A DNA stretch of 64,000 bases, taken from assembly GCA_031835245.2 (NCBI GenBank), contig JAVKOQ020000061.1, positions 124,001-188,000 of the forward strand, in the 5' to 3' direction. Shown here in pieces: positions 27,401 to 41,207 of the stretch. The notes under the pieces are model-generated. The model searched no databases. It was not told the origin of the DNA and worked only from the letters and a program-made list of their open reading frames with translations. This stretch comes from Balamuthia mandrillaris. Lineage: Eukaryota. Positions within the stretch are counted from its first letter, which is position 1. Every line of letters begins with the position of its first letter. Both the position numbers and the translations under genes were made by a program.

Positions 27401-29347
27401 GGGATGTGAGACAACGGATTGCCAGTGAGAGTAAAGTTGGCAATGTTCTCCATGCGAAGCTCCAGTGGCAGATATTCGAGTTTGTTCCAAGCGAGGAAGA
27501 GGGAAGTGAGAGAGGTGAGCCTTTGAAGCGTGGAAGGTACGCTGATGAGGCTGTTGCCGATGAGAGACAAGCTGCGAAGGCCGGAAAAGCTATCTCCTAT
27601 TTCGGGAGCGAGCGTAGTCAAAACATTGAAGCTGAGATCCAGCTCTTTGAGAGACTGGAGCTCAAAGAGCTCAGCAGGAAGTTCGGTAAGGTGATTGTGG
27701 TTTAGGTACAAGCGGCGAAGGCAGCGAGCTAACTTTTGCATTGGAGGAAAACAGGAAGAAGTGGAAGGAGAGGGAGTATCAGCAGAGGGCATCATGAGAC
27801 GATTGTGGCTTACATCTAGAGTTTGAAGACGTGTATAGTTGCTGACTACATTAGGAATAGTTTCAAATAAGTTGTTACTTAGATCCATTCTATTTTTTTT
27901 TTTTGTTAGTCAGGTGTGTGGTGAAGAAGCAAGGACGAGAGAAGGGAAGGATACCTTTCAAGACGTGGCATTACTTTGAACTCAGCAGGTAGAGTGGTGA
28001 GTTGATTGTTGCAAAGGATAAGTTCACGAAGGCATGGATCTGCAAAGGGACCAGGTATATGCCGCAGCTGCATATTGCTGAGATTCAAGGAGAGAAGAGG
28101 AGCACGTTGCATCTCCAACACAAATGCTGTTGTCAACATCGAGTAACTGAGCTCGCTTAATGAAGATGAAGAAGAGGAGGAGGAGGAAGAGGAAGAAGAA
28201 TGCGTTTCTTGGTTTGTGCTTGAGCATACAAGTTTTACCATAGCAATGTCTCTGTTTTGCGTCAACAAAGCTTGAATGCGACGTAAAAGATGGTTGGTGG
28301 TGGAAGGGTACGAAGAAGAGGGAGCAGCAGGAGTGAGTTGTAGCTCCAACAAAGAGTTGTTGTTGGCATGCAGACAGTCTGCCAGGCAGGCCAACGGTCG
28401 GTCGCACTCATCAGGCGACCAGTTCTTTCTCAAGTTCAGCGATGTGAGCGTGACGTTCGACGCCAGCGCAGCCGCCAAGCACTGTGCGCCCTCCTCTCTC
28501 AGGTCGTTATCCTCCAAGCAGAGGGTGTGCAGGCCATGGTTCCTAATAAGAGCAGTTGCGATGCTGCGTCCATTCTTGCTAGTGAGGTTAGTGCGAGAGA
28601 GGTTGAGATAACGCAGCGTGGAGTTGTGGTGCAGCGCGCCCATAAGAGAGTCCATCCCTTTGTCGCTGGTGCGACGCAAGGGGTTGCCGCTGAGATCGAG
28701 CGTTTGCAAGGTGGTGTTGTGCCGAAGGGACTCGCCAAGGGAGAGAACGCCGGCCTCCCCGATGGGCCGCAGCGTCTCCCAGGAATAGAGCCCTTCGCTT
28801 TGCTCCAGTTGGGGTCGTTGGCTGAGGTCCAGGTGGCGCAGCCAGCGGTCCCGCAGGAGGAGCTTGCTGAGAGCGATGGTGCCCTCGTCTCCTATCAAGC
28901 CGCCGTTCAGTTCGAGACGCGTCACCCGGCTCATTCCATGCCGTAAGACTTTGGACAGTAATATGCAGTCTCTTTTGTTTTGTTGTTTTTTTTAAATGTT
29001 GTTTTCATTTTCGTTTTGTGGAAAAAGTTTAAGCGGTGAGTTAACGAAAACAAAAACAACCGAAAAAAAAATAAATAAACGTACGTAGAAGAAAGCACTT
29101 CGTTGGCCCATAGAAGCTCAGTGACGGTCTTGTTGCCGTCCAGCGATTTGATGAGGGCGGGCGTGACGCCTGCGGTGAGGCCCTTGCTGGTCAGCAGGGC
29201 GAACACTCGCAGAGGCAGCCCCATGGCCAGCCACTGGGAGGCGGTGAGGCTGGCCAGGTCGGACGTGGAGGTGCAGCCATGGGATTGTAGCACCTCCAGC
29301 CAGGCCCTGCCATCCTCCCTCAGCACGGAGGCCAACACGTGTTCCAT
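21486..29347 (-). CDS. Roco-family protein: SAM-like, LRR, Roc, COR, (pseudo)kinase, WD40, RA/ubiquitin-like
   Basis: LRRs; Roc motifs KIIIVGPALSGKSSL, VWDLCG, IIVVGTHYD, AVSSKTNKG; COR (IPASYL, RFLHEDG, FNFMPDGLFLRLL, YWRFG); kinase fold (APE, DVFSFGMLLWE, CWQSNPTARPSF); WD40 repeats (VWSGSxD). Confidence 0.92.
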
Positions 29348-29599
29348 TTCTTCTCTTCTTCTTCTTCTTTTTTTTGTTGGGTAATTTTTATAGAGAGGAT
29401 GTTGCTGACAGCTTTGGCGTGTGCATTAAAAAGAAAGAAGGATGATGGTTGCGTTGAAACGGCTTTTTTTTTCGGGGTTTGGCGTTGGGTCCTTCTTTTT
29501 TTTTTTTCACCTCTTTGGGGGGTTGAAGGGAATAGTGACCTTCTCTCTCGTCCACCTTTTTCTTTTGTTTTCGTTTTATTACCAGTGTGTTGAATTTTC

Positions 29600-29730
29600 C
29601 TTTTATCGAATAAAACTGACGTCATGATCAAACATTGATCGAAATGTCGACAGGTTTGTCGACAAAATTCAAGATTTATTCTATTACCCCTCGTGGAAGT
29701 CGACAGATAACTTGTTTGTGTCGACTGTAA
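29600..29730. promoter_or_regulatory. Putative bidirectional promoter with 4 GTCGAC palindromes and a TGACGTCA site
   Basis: TGACGTCA at 29617; TGTCGACA at 29645 and 29657; AGTCGACA at 29698; TGTCGACT at 29719, all between divergent ATGs at 29347 and 29754. Confidence 0.55.
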
Positions 29731-29753
29731 AACAACAAAAGCAAGAAGAATAG

Positions 29754-30749
<996 letters not shown>

Positions 30750-30934
30750 AACTTTTGTCTCTCTCTCTCTCTCTCTCTCAGGTGAGAGAGAAGAGAGAAG
30801 AGAGAAGAGAGAAGAGAGAAGCGAAAAAGGAAGAGAGAGAATGTGAGAGAAGAGGAGATCGTGTATTCCAACAGTTTTGTTTATTTAAGCGGTTGCAGTG
30901 AAGCGTCATCTTTCTCTTTCTTTTTTTGCCGAGC

Positions 30935-32736
30935 TCAGTGGTCGAGCTCTTCTTTGCCCAGAGTTGATAGTTGGTGGAGGAACTGCGAGGCCGTCAACAT
31001 TTCAGTGGTACCATACACTATCTGCTTTGGTGCATCGCTGTGCTTACTGCTGCTATGTTTCTGTAGAGCGAACATGTGGCCACGTTAGAAAGAGGAGAGG
31101 AAGAAGAGAAGAGGTGAGAGTTTACCTTGGCATAGTCTTGAAGGTTTTGATACTCTATGTAATTTCCGCCACCAATCACAAAGACGATGGCTTGCTTGAA
31201 CGGAGTATTCTTGCGAGGAACTTGAGAACCGGATTGCAATGACGATGGAGAGAAGGATGCTCCTCCTCCAGCAGAAGCGAGCGTGGCCTTTGGGTCGTAG
31301 TATTCATAGTCTTCCACGCCGAGATCTTGCTTCATCTCCATGATGGCATCCACGATGCGCGTTAGGTAGAGACGTTTGGTGGTAGGGATCAACATCTTCA
31401 TTTGTGAAACGCCCAACTGGAATAAGTTTGCCACGCTGTTGTAACCCTTTTCGTTCAAACAGTTAAAACTGAAATGGTCCTAAAGTAGGGGGGATGATTT
31501 ACCTGTCTCATGAGACCGCTGCCGGAAGAACCAGGAGCGGACTTGCCTCCCTTTGAAGACGCAGTTGTGGGGTGAAACAGATTTGTATCAAAAATAAGTC
31601 TCATCCTGCAGTAACCGAATCGAAAAGAAAAGTAATTTAGAAGGAGAACGATGAGATGAAAAGAAAAGAAAAGGACGAGAGACTTTTTCAAATATTGAAT
31701 AGCGTGAAGATCAGTCCCAGAGTCGGTGAGCGCAGCTTCGAAGCGTTCGATCTCTTCAGCGGGCATGTTATTCTGCGACATGTAATAAATGAGGAATAGG
31801 CGTAGCTTATCCTCTGCAGCTGCAATTTTCAGTGCCTGTGCTTTACTGGCTTCCAGCGAAGAGAGTTCCTCCTGTTTTAACGGCTGTTGCACCAGCGAGA
31901 GGATTTCCCGTCTATCCTGTTATGTGTAATGAAGAATAGCGATTACAATCAGCATTTTAAAAGATAAGAAGCGACAAGAAAATAGGAACTTGAGAGGAGG
32001 CGGAGGCTGTCATGATGGCTTCTTCTAGGGAGAAAAAATTGTCTAGCCGACGACTCTTGATGATGTCGAACAGAGCCGAGGCAATATTGGTGTGCATATC
32101 TATACAACGTTTCTTTTCTTGCAACTCCGGTATTTCTGAGACCAACGAGCCAAGATCCTTTGTCCGAAGTAATACATCACCACTAATGGAATAGAAAATG
32201 GCAATTGAGGCAGGGATTTTAAAAAAAAGAGATAGGTCTCTTGTTTGAAATACTTAAGAAAAGCTTCAGTACCTATGATCAAGGCCATCACCTTTCAATC
32301 TGTTTACTTCGTTAAGTACGCTGGTATATTCCTTCAGTTTACTCTGAATGTTGGCTAGGAAAAGACAAGAATTAGTTTCAACTATAACAGTACAAAAAGG
32401 TGAGACATCTTACCTGCCACGTCAGGCATTGGATTGCCAGCATTTTCCGCCCAAAATGAGTCGCTTTGATCTAAATCATACGTCTTGGGCTCCGAGTGTT
32501 TGCTTCCATCCTCTCTTTCTGTGTCCACCTGCATCCATGAATGGTGTTATACAGAGATTGAGAGAAAGAGAGAGGAAGAGGAAAAACGTACATCTACTCG
32601 AACGCTGTTCAGTTTGAAATCAAGCAAATCATGAATGAGAGCTTGGTATGTCCAAGTGTGGTGACACATTACGGTAAGGTCCACATTACGGTCCAACAAG
32701 ATGAGTACTGTACAATAAATAAGATTATAAGTTAAT

Positions 32737-32783
<47 letters not shown>

Positions 32784-33561
32784 CAGGGCGAACAAAAGAA
32801 GAAGATGGCGAATCCAGAAGGGTTCCTCGTTTAAGGAGGTGCTCTTTTAGTCTTGTGTTAAGTTTAGCGGCAACCATCGAAGCCGCTGTATTGCGAGGAC
32901 ACCTTATTATCGGCACTTGTTGCTATGTGGTTAAAAGAGGAGTAAGCAAGTAACATACAAAATAAGGTTTCCTGTGCCCAGAATGAACGCACCATTGTAA
33001 TTAGAACAGAAAATAGGGACTCGACGACTGCGTCAATGTTGGCTTCAGCCTGTGAGTCGCTCACTTTAGAGCTATTGAATGCAACGTAGGAATCGGGTTG
33101 GTTGAACGTAAAGAGCTGCTCCTCCAAGCTTACAAAATGCATGTATTGGTCGTATACCTAAAAACAGTTATGTATTGTTGTTCTCAGCCACAAAGAATAG
33201 AGGAGGATAGAACCTACATATACAAGCATCAAGAAGATAAGCCAAAAGAACAAACCTTCGAAATCAAGCTTACAGAGTCGCTCTCAAGTGTAGACTCAGC
33301 CAAAGATTCCATAAGAGGACGTGGGATGGTTGATGTGAAGTTGAGATGAAATGCATCATAGAGGCGTGCCCCACAATCCTGTTGAGCATGTCAGTACAGA
33401 AACAGTGAACCAAAAGTGAAAAAGACAAACCTTTGCTATCCTCTTAATGTTTTGCTAAGAGACACGAAAGTGGAGTTCAGTTAGGAAAGGGAGGGAGGGA
33501 GAGAGTGCGCGAAAGAGAGCCCAAAAGAACGAGAAGAGAGACAAGAGAATGAGGATGACAG

Positions 33562-33602
<41 letters not shown>

Positions 33603-34132
33603 CAAACTTCAGTGGGAGTCACAAAATAGATGGCAGGCACGTCATTCAGTTGTTCTCGATCAGAATGTAACGGACTGAACCCAAAAAAAAAAAACACAAG
33701 TTACAAAGGAAAAGGTGAGAAGTGAGACTCGAGGTTGGGAAGGCACACGAAGAGGAGAAAGCAATAGGTACAGGTGGAGAGTGATGCCCAGCTTCCTCAA
33801 GTCGCCAACTTTGAACAACGGAGAAATGATGTCCCTTCCCACGTCGTCGTAGACAAGCACCTTCCACACCTCCTGCCAAAAGCTTTCATTCTCTGACAAG
33901 GCAGTGGCCGAGTTGAGTAGCAGCATACGCTTCAGCCCCTCTTTTTTTAAAATTTATTTCGTGTGTTACGTTCGCGTTGTTATGAGCCAGGAGAGAGGAC
34001 GAAGTGTTGATCACTCACTGCCTCTCCCAAAAAAAAAAAAGCTCAGGCTGGCAAACCTTTTTGTTTTTCTCGAACAGAAAACGAAGCAGCAGGCAACACT
34101 GCTGTCACTCCTGAGCCAGAACGTGAATGCAT
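30935..34132 (-). CDS. SLY1: Sec1/Munc18 family protein Sly1 (SCFD1), many exons
   Basis: WKVLVYD...IISPL...[27 protein letters not shown]...[63 protein letters not shown]. Confidence 0.93.
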
Positions 34133-34331
34133 TTGTTCTCCACCCTTTTCTTTTCTTTTCTTTTCAGCAGTAGCTACCCCCCCCCTCCCCAGTTGTGGTG
34201 TTGTGTTCTCTTTGCTTTGCTTTGCTTTCTTTTTTTCCCTGTCTTTTTTTTTTTGTTGTTTCTTTTTTGTAGACGTGGCATAAAGTTCGTGTCGTCATGG
34301 GAAAAGGCAGAGAGAGCGCTGTACCAGAGAG

Positions 34332-34368
<37 letters not shown>

Positions 34369-34415
34369 CCAAAGAGAGAAAAAGAGGAGAGGTTTTTTTT
34401 TTTAAAAAAAAAGGG

Positions 34416-37400
34416 TTAGTAGTCATCCACTTCTTCCTCCTCTTCAAACTCTACTTCAGCATCTTGGTCCTCTTCATCTTCTCCTCCTCCTCCTTGCTGT
34501 TCCTCATGAAGCAAAGAGGCATCCGCCACAACCGTCCTCTGCTGATCGATGCCCAAGTAAGAGTCCGACATCAGGTAAAGTTGATACTGTTGTTGCGCTC
34601 CTTCCTGGCCTTCTTCCGGCTCGGGAGGGTCAAAGCGAAGCCAAGTGGTGGTCTTGCCGTGAGGATTGATGTTGAGGCGACGCAAGGCCAACAACTCTCC
34701 TGAGCTAGGACAACCCAACACCAACCACCACGTGGCCTGCTTCTTCTTGGGGAAGGTGGGCGTGTAGGCGAATTGCATGTGGTTCTTGTTGGCATGGCTT
34801 AGCTCTACTTTGAGGCCATATTGCTCCTCCTTCCATTGCACTTTGCCCACGGTTATGTCTATCAATGGAATGCTCTTTGCCACATTCATAAACTGCAAAA
34901 AAGAATGATGAGTGGAAGGACGAAATAGGGGAAGAAAAAAGAAAAGAAGGCAATTGTGCTTCACCTCTTTCAAGCGTTGACCCTTCAAGAGAGGAGCAAC
35001 GATATTACGTAGTTGCTGTTCAGGAAGCGAGATGGCTTCCGCGACGCTCTCCACGCCGGCGGCATTGAGGGCATCGACCACAGCTTCGGTGGCATGAGGC
35101 AGCGTGAAGAGGGTAGATTCAGTGAACCATTGACCCTGCATTACCATTTGAGTGAGCTGCATTGAGTTCAGTGCGGTGAACAGCCATCCACCGTCAGCAG
35201 CTACATCCACCATTGCCTGAGGGAAGAGTTTAGTTAACCGAGAAGAGAAGGAGAGAGAGAGAGAGAGAGAGAGAACAAACCTGCAGAATACGGACAGACT
35301 GGTCGAGCACAGATTTGGTATCAGTGATGTAATCAGAAATAGGTAGAACAAGCTTAGAAAAGTGAGCTTGGAAAAGCAGGTAGGCTTTGGCGTGAGGGTC
35401 ATCAAGGAGGCGAGCATCCACAGGCCAAGGCACTTGCGTAGCCAACTCCTCGTTGAGCTTGTCTTCATTGTGACGAACAGGCAGCTCATCGTACTCCGAA
35501 GCATCGCAGAGCACCTTGAGCAACGATTGGATGGAGTTCTGGTCGTCAATGGCATCGTAGAACATGCCAACAGTAGCGTGATGAAGGTAATAGTAGGAAG
35601 CAATGCGACCAAAGGTGAGACCGTAAATGGTGATGTGGTCCTCCTCGTCAATTTCGATACAGTGGCTGTCCGCCAACTCTTTGAGGGTGGTGTCCACCAC
35701 CTCCGAGAGGTGACGGTTGATGGCGTCAAAGTCGGTCTCCTCCAAGCCGTAATAGGTTGGGTTTCGCACCAACCTTCGGAATAAGTAAGTCCAGGTAAGG
35801 TAGTCCACCGCATCCTGCTTGGTGGTGATGGTGCCAGAAACAATCTCGGCGTTGAAATGATCGTGCAGGACAGTGTGGAGGGAGGACTCCACAGGGAAGG
35901 GCTCATAGAGGAATTTCTTGTAAAAGTTCTTCTTGGGTTCGTGCACCATGATGACGGCTTTGCCCATCTGATCGTACTGAGGACGACCTGCTCGTCCCAT
36001 CATCTGCAGCACGTCCGTAATGGGGAAGTCGAGGTATCTTCTGGTGTTGGCGTCATAGTACTCCGTGCCTTTGATGACCACCAAGTGAGCGGGCAAGTTT
36101 ACACCCCAAGCCAGCGTGCTCGTGGAGACTAGGACCTGTATCTTGTTGTCTCGGAAGAGACGTTCCACCAGGGCTTTGTCCTCGCGTGGCAAACCGGCAT
36201 GGTGCAGGCCAATACCGAATTGGAGGGTGTGCTTCAAGTTCTTGTCCCGTATTCTGTACATCACCTCTTCCAGCTCCTCGTGTTCTATGTTTAAAAACTG
36301 TTGTGGGTTGCCTTCCGTTGTACAGAAAGAAATAAGATCCAGAGCCGTCAAGCGGGTTTGTCGCCTGGAAGACACAAAGACAAGGACGGGCTTGAATGGA
36401 GAGTGAGTGACGATAGCGGTATAAGTGGGCTTGTTCATAGTGGCCATTCTTGGGCAGTAATGCTTCCCAGCGTAGCCTTGGATGTGCACTTCCAATGGTA
36501 CAGGACGCACAGAAGGCCTAAAGTTGAAAAGACCTTGCATTCCTTCGATACCCAACCAATCTGTTATTGTTGCAAGTTAATAGTTGTGCTGCTATGAAGA
36601 ATCAACGAGACAAAGAAGGGTACCAGCAAGATCACGAGCATTAGCGACAGCCGTGGACAAACAAACCAAACGAATGGGATTCTTGGTTTGGGACGAGATG
36701 TAGCGCATACGAGAAACGATAACTTCCAAAATAGGTCCACGATCAGCTCCAAGCAAGTGCACCTCGTCAATAATAATGAGACCAACGGCCTTCACATAGC
36801 CTCGCTGTTGCCAGTTACGAGAAATACCGTCCCACTTCTCTGGTGTGGTAGTCACAATGTCTGCTGTCTTCAATGTGCGTACGTCCGGTGTAAAGTCACC
36901 GGTCAACTCCACCATCTTCTTGCCTAGCTTGTCCACAAAGCGTCGTTTCCAGTCCTTCATCCTTTCTCTGACGAGAGCCTTCAAGGGACCGATATAAACT
37001 GCTTTGAGGTGGGGCGTTTCGTTGAACAAGCGCATCATTGCGAGCTCGGCCGCCACAGTTTTGCCAGAACCTGTCGGTGCACCGAGCAACACGTTGTGGT
37101 CGGTGTGATAGAGGGTGTGGAAGATTTGAGTCTGAACAGGGTTAAAGTGAGTGAAAGAATAGAGCTTCTGGTATTCGGCGTTGTGAAGAGCAGTGATGGG
37201 CAATGGTTGAAGATCCAGCAAAGGGGTGTGAGGAGGATATTCATCAGGAAGGATGAGGTGCTTGAAGGAGATCGGCACAGAAGTGCCTGCGTGGAGCCAA
37301 CGATCAGAAGCAGCATGCAGTATGTATTGACTAGGCAGAGGTTCGAAAATAGGGATCGTGAAGCTGAGCTTCTGTGGCTCGCCCAGCGATTTCTTCTCAA

Positions 37401-40400
37401 GAAGGAAATACTCGCTATGGTAAATGTGCTCATTTTGGGGGTCCTCTACCCAAATCCACCAAGGCTCCACAGTACCATGGATTCGGTCGTTCCAATCAAA
37501 GTCAGGGGTGATGACTACGTTGGTTCGAAGAATGGTACGCGTGATAGGCTGCACGGACACGTCGAGGTCCAAGGTTGGGAACTGTCGCACCAAGCGCTTA
37601 ATTACAGGCCCCATCTTGGGAAAGCTGACCAAGGCTCCAATCTCACGTGGCTCCATATCATACAGGCGGTCGATGGTAAGCCTCTTGGCCTGCAACTTGA
37701 AGAGAACCTCGGGGGAGAGAACCTTGAATTGCTGCAGAGGGTGGGTCGTATCCCACATTTGCAGGTCCGTCATCTTACAGTAATCCAAGATGCGTTCAGC
37801 CAATCTTGTCCAGCCTTTTTGGAGCACGATCTCAAAGAGAGCACGCAGGATTCTGCCAACATTTTGGGTCACGTAGTTCAGATCGGAAACCAGAGCAAAG
37901 CCTTTCAGTTGAGCATGAGAAAGGAAGGCCTGGAACAACACGTTCACTTTGCCAAAGCTGGAGGTGATGCCTTCTCCTTTGACTGGAACCACACACGCTT
38001 CTTCCAAAAGGCTCTGCATCTCGTCCATTTCCTCCTCCCTGACCTTCATGTTCTCGAACTCAGAGGCATGGGAAAGCAGGTCCAGCAGATTCTCATCCGG
38101 CATGTTTGCATCCAGTGTTTCGTTGATAAGCTGCACAGTTTCGTGACGGAGGTAAAAATGACTGGCCATCCTACCAAGATGAGTGCTGTCAAGAGTTTTG
38201 GCCTGGAGGTGGAAGCGAGACATGCGAGAGGCATCCAAAACTTTGGCAGCACTGATGATGAGCTGCGCTCGGTACTGCTCCAGAAGAGGGTCTGTGGCTT
38301 TCTGTGCATAGGTAATGCCATAGGCCAGTGGATTTTTCAGCATTCGAACATACAAGTAAGTATAGCTGAGCCACTCGACAGCTTCATCCAGATTTGTGAC
38401 GGTGCCGGATACCACCTCAGCGTTGAGGTTGTCAGCGAGGTTTGAGATAAACTGACTTTCTATGGGCAGTTGATGGTTCATAAGGGAGAGGTAATGGGCC
38501 AGGTTGCTATGAGCAGTGATGATGATACCCTCTCCTGAGGTATCGTATTGGGGACGACCAGCTCGACCAAATATCTGCATGACGTCCAGCATGCCCAGTT
38601 CCACAAAGGAGCCCTTCTTGGAGTCGTAGAGCTGCGTTCCTTTGATGATGACGGTGTGCGCGGGCAAGTTCACACCCCAAGCAAGTGTAGCCGTGCACAC
38701 CAGCACTTTGATGAGACCTTGAGCAAAGAGTCGCTCCATAACGTTTCTGTCAGCTCGAAGCATGCCTGCGTGATGAATGCCGAACCCTTGCATGAACAGC
38801 TCCTTCATCTCCTTGTTTCTCGATCTGGCAATATCTCTCATGGCCATGTCGAATTTCGGATGAGCGGCATCTGGCTTGAATAATTCTGCCGTCTCATTCT
38901 CTCTGGCTATCTCGCAAATAAGTTGAGCAGTGTTGACGGTGCCGTTACGAGAGTGCACAAAGATCATAGCCTGTTGGCCACGACGTACAGTGTGCAAGGC
39001 TTTTTCGTAGGCTATCTGGTTCATGGCTTTCTTTTGTTTGACAACGTCATGAGGTTTTACGCCGATGAAGATTTGGTTCAATGGAACGGGTCGGTAGGCG
39101 TTGTTGAAGTGGAAGAGACCTGTCTGAGGATTCACTCGCAGGAAAACAGCCACATCCTCGTAGTTGGGAAGCGTGGCCGAAAGACCGACAATACGAATCA
39201 TGCTCTGCGTGCTCTCCACCTGGCGGAGGGTTCTCGCCACAAGAGTCTCTATGACGGGACCGCGCTCCTCGTGTAGAAGATGCACCTCGTCGATGATGAG
39301 CAAACGGACGATAGAAGCCAAGGCCATGTCGCTGGTCTTTCGGGTGATGACGTCCCACTTCTCAGGGGTAGTGACGATCATTTGGGTTTCCGCCAACTCC
39401 TTCTTAGTCAGCTGCATGTCTCCGGTAAGCTCTCGTACGATGACGCCAAGAGGCTTGAGGCGTTTTCCAAAATTTTCCACCATTTCCTGGGCTAAAGCCT
39501 TCATGGGAGCCACGTAAACGATCTTGAAGCCTTCTCGAAGCAAAATGCCATTCGTCATGTGAAGGCCGACCTCGTGGAGGATAGTCATCATTGCAACATT
39601 GGTCTTACCTGCTCCAGTTGGAGCACAAATGAGAAGATTCTCGTTGGAGCGATAGGCCGCCTGGAAGACCCTGGATTGGATGCGATTCAAGTGGGTGATA
39701 TTAGGAAACGCCACTCTGGCCCATTCGTCGAATTCTGTGATGGGAACCAGTTGCTCGGGATTCAAAGGAGGAATCTCGGGATAGGGTACAAAGACCTCCT
39801 CGTAGTCCTTCTCGTTCTTCCTTGTGCTGCCTTTGGGAAGCATGATCTTGGCTTGCATGCCAAAGGTGTTATCGCTGGTGGATCCCACGGGGAGAAGGTT
39901 TTCCAGCCCTGTGGCCGAGGCGTTTTGAGCCAGCTGTTCCTCTCTTTGTTTCTTGAGAGCGGCTGCTGTATCTTCCGTCCAACCGACTTTAGCCAGCCAT
40001 GTTCCTTGCCGAGAGTTAGAGAGCGTTGCCACGCGTCCGTCTGACTCGATAGGACCGTCCTTCGCTGCACGCCTCTTGTTCTTTCTGCCTTCCTTCCTTT
40101 GCAACTTCTGCAAAAACTTGTCTTGTTCAGAGGTGATGGTGATCTGACAGCCTATTGATGGACCGCTTGGCTGTTGCGCTGCTGCTGGCCCAGCTCCACC
40201 AGCTCGCGAGTTGTTGTAGACGGAAAGTATCTCAGAGCGCTTTTGGAGAAGAAGAGCTATGAATTCAAAACTTGTTTCTCCCAAAAGCTCAAAGAGTTGG
40301 CTTTGAAGTTGCAGGTCTGCAAGAGCTCTGTCGGAGAGAATACGCAGGACAGAGGCAGCAAGCTCTTTGACGGAAAGAGCTGTGGTAGCAATTTGTGCGT

Positions 40401-41167
40401 GTCTTTCGCACTGATTGTACAGCCAGTTCACGTCTATGCGTTCCAGTTCCACTCCCTCCCATCCTGTGTGAGAAGCACCGCCGAAGGGTGGTGACTTGGC
40501 CGATGGAGCAGCAGCGATGGTTGGAGCACGAGTGGCGGCGGGGGCAGCCTTTGATTTCTTTTGTTTCCTGCGAGCAATTCGCTCTTCATCAAGCACGTCC
40601 ACCTCTAGCAAAAAGTCTGAGTCAAGATTGAACTTGAAGTCAGCTCCGAATTCAGTTTCCATATCTCCATCCTCAGCACCGCTTGGCTCTTCCTCAATGC
40701 CACCATTGGTCTCAGACGCTGCTACCTCTACTTCTCCTTTCCAGGCATGCAATTGGTTCACTGACTCGAGCACTCGAGAGTACAACGCTGCAGGGACATG
40801 TCCCACCTCTTCCTTTAACTTGTTCCTGGAGAAAAGCTTCAATAAGAAGAACAAGCGAGAAGAAACAGAAGCAGAAGAGAGAGAAAGAGAGAGAGCAAGA
40901 ACAAGAAGAACAAGAACAAGAACAAGAACAAGAACAAGAACAAGAACAAGAACAAGAACAAGAACAAGAACAAGAACAAGAACAAGAACAAGAACAAGAA
41001 GAAGAAGAAGAAGAGGAACAAGAAGAAAAGAAGAAGAAGAGGAACAAGAAGAAGAAGAAGAAGAAGAAGAAGAAGAAGAAGAAGAACAAGAACAAGAACA
41101 AGAACAGAAGAAGAACAAGAACAAGAACAAGAACAAGAACAAGAACAAGCAAGAACAAACAAGAACA

Positions 41168-41207
<40 letters not shown>

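Noticed and set aside
37009..38445. 478-aa plus-strand ORF
   Set aside because: Antisense shadow of the ASCC3 coding exon with no motifs; explained by codon bias.
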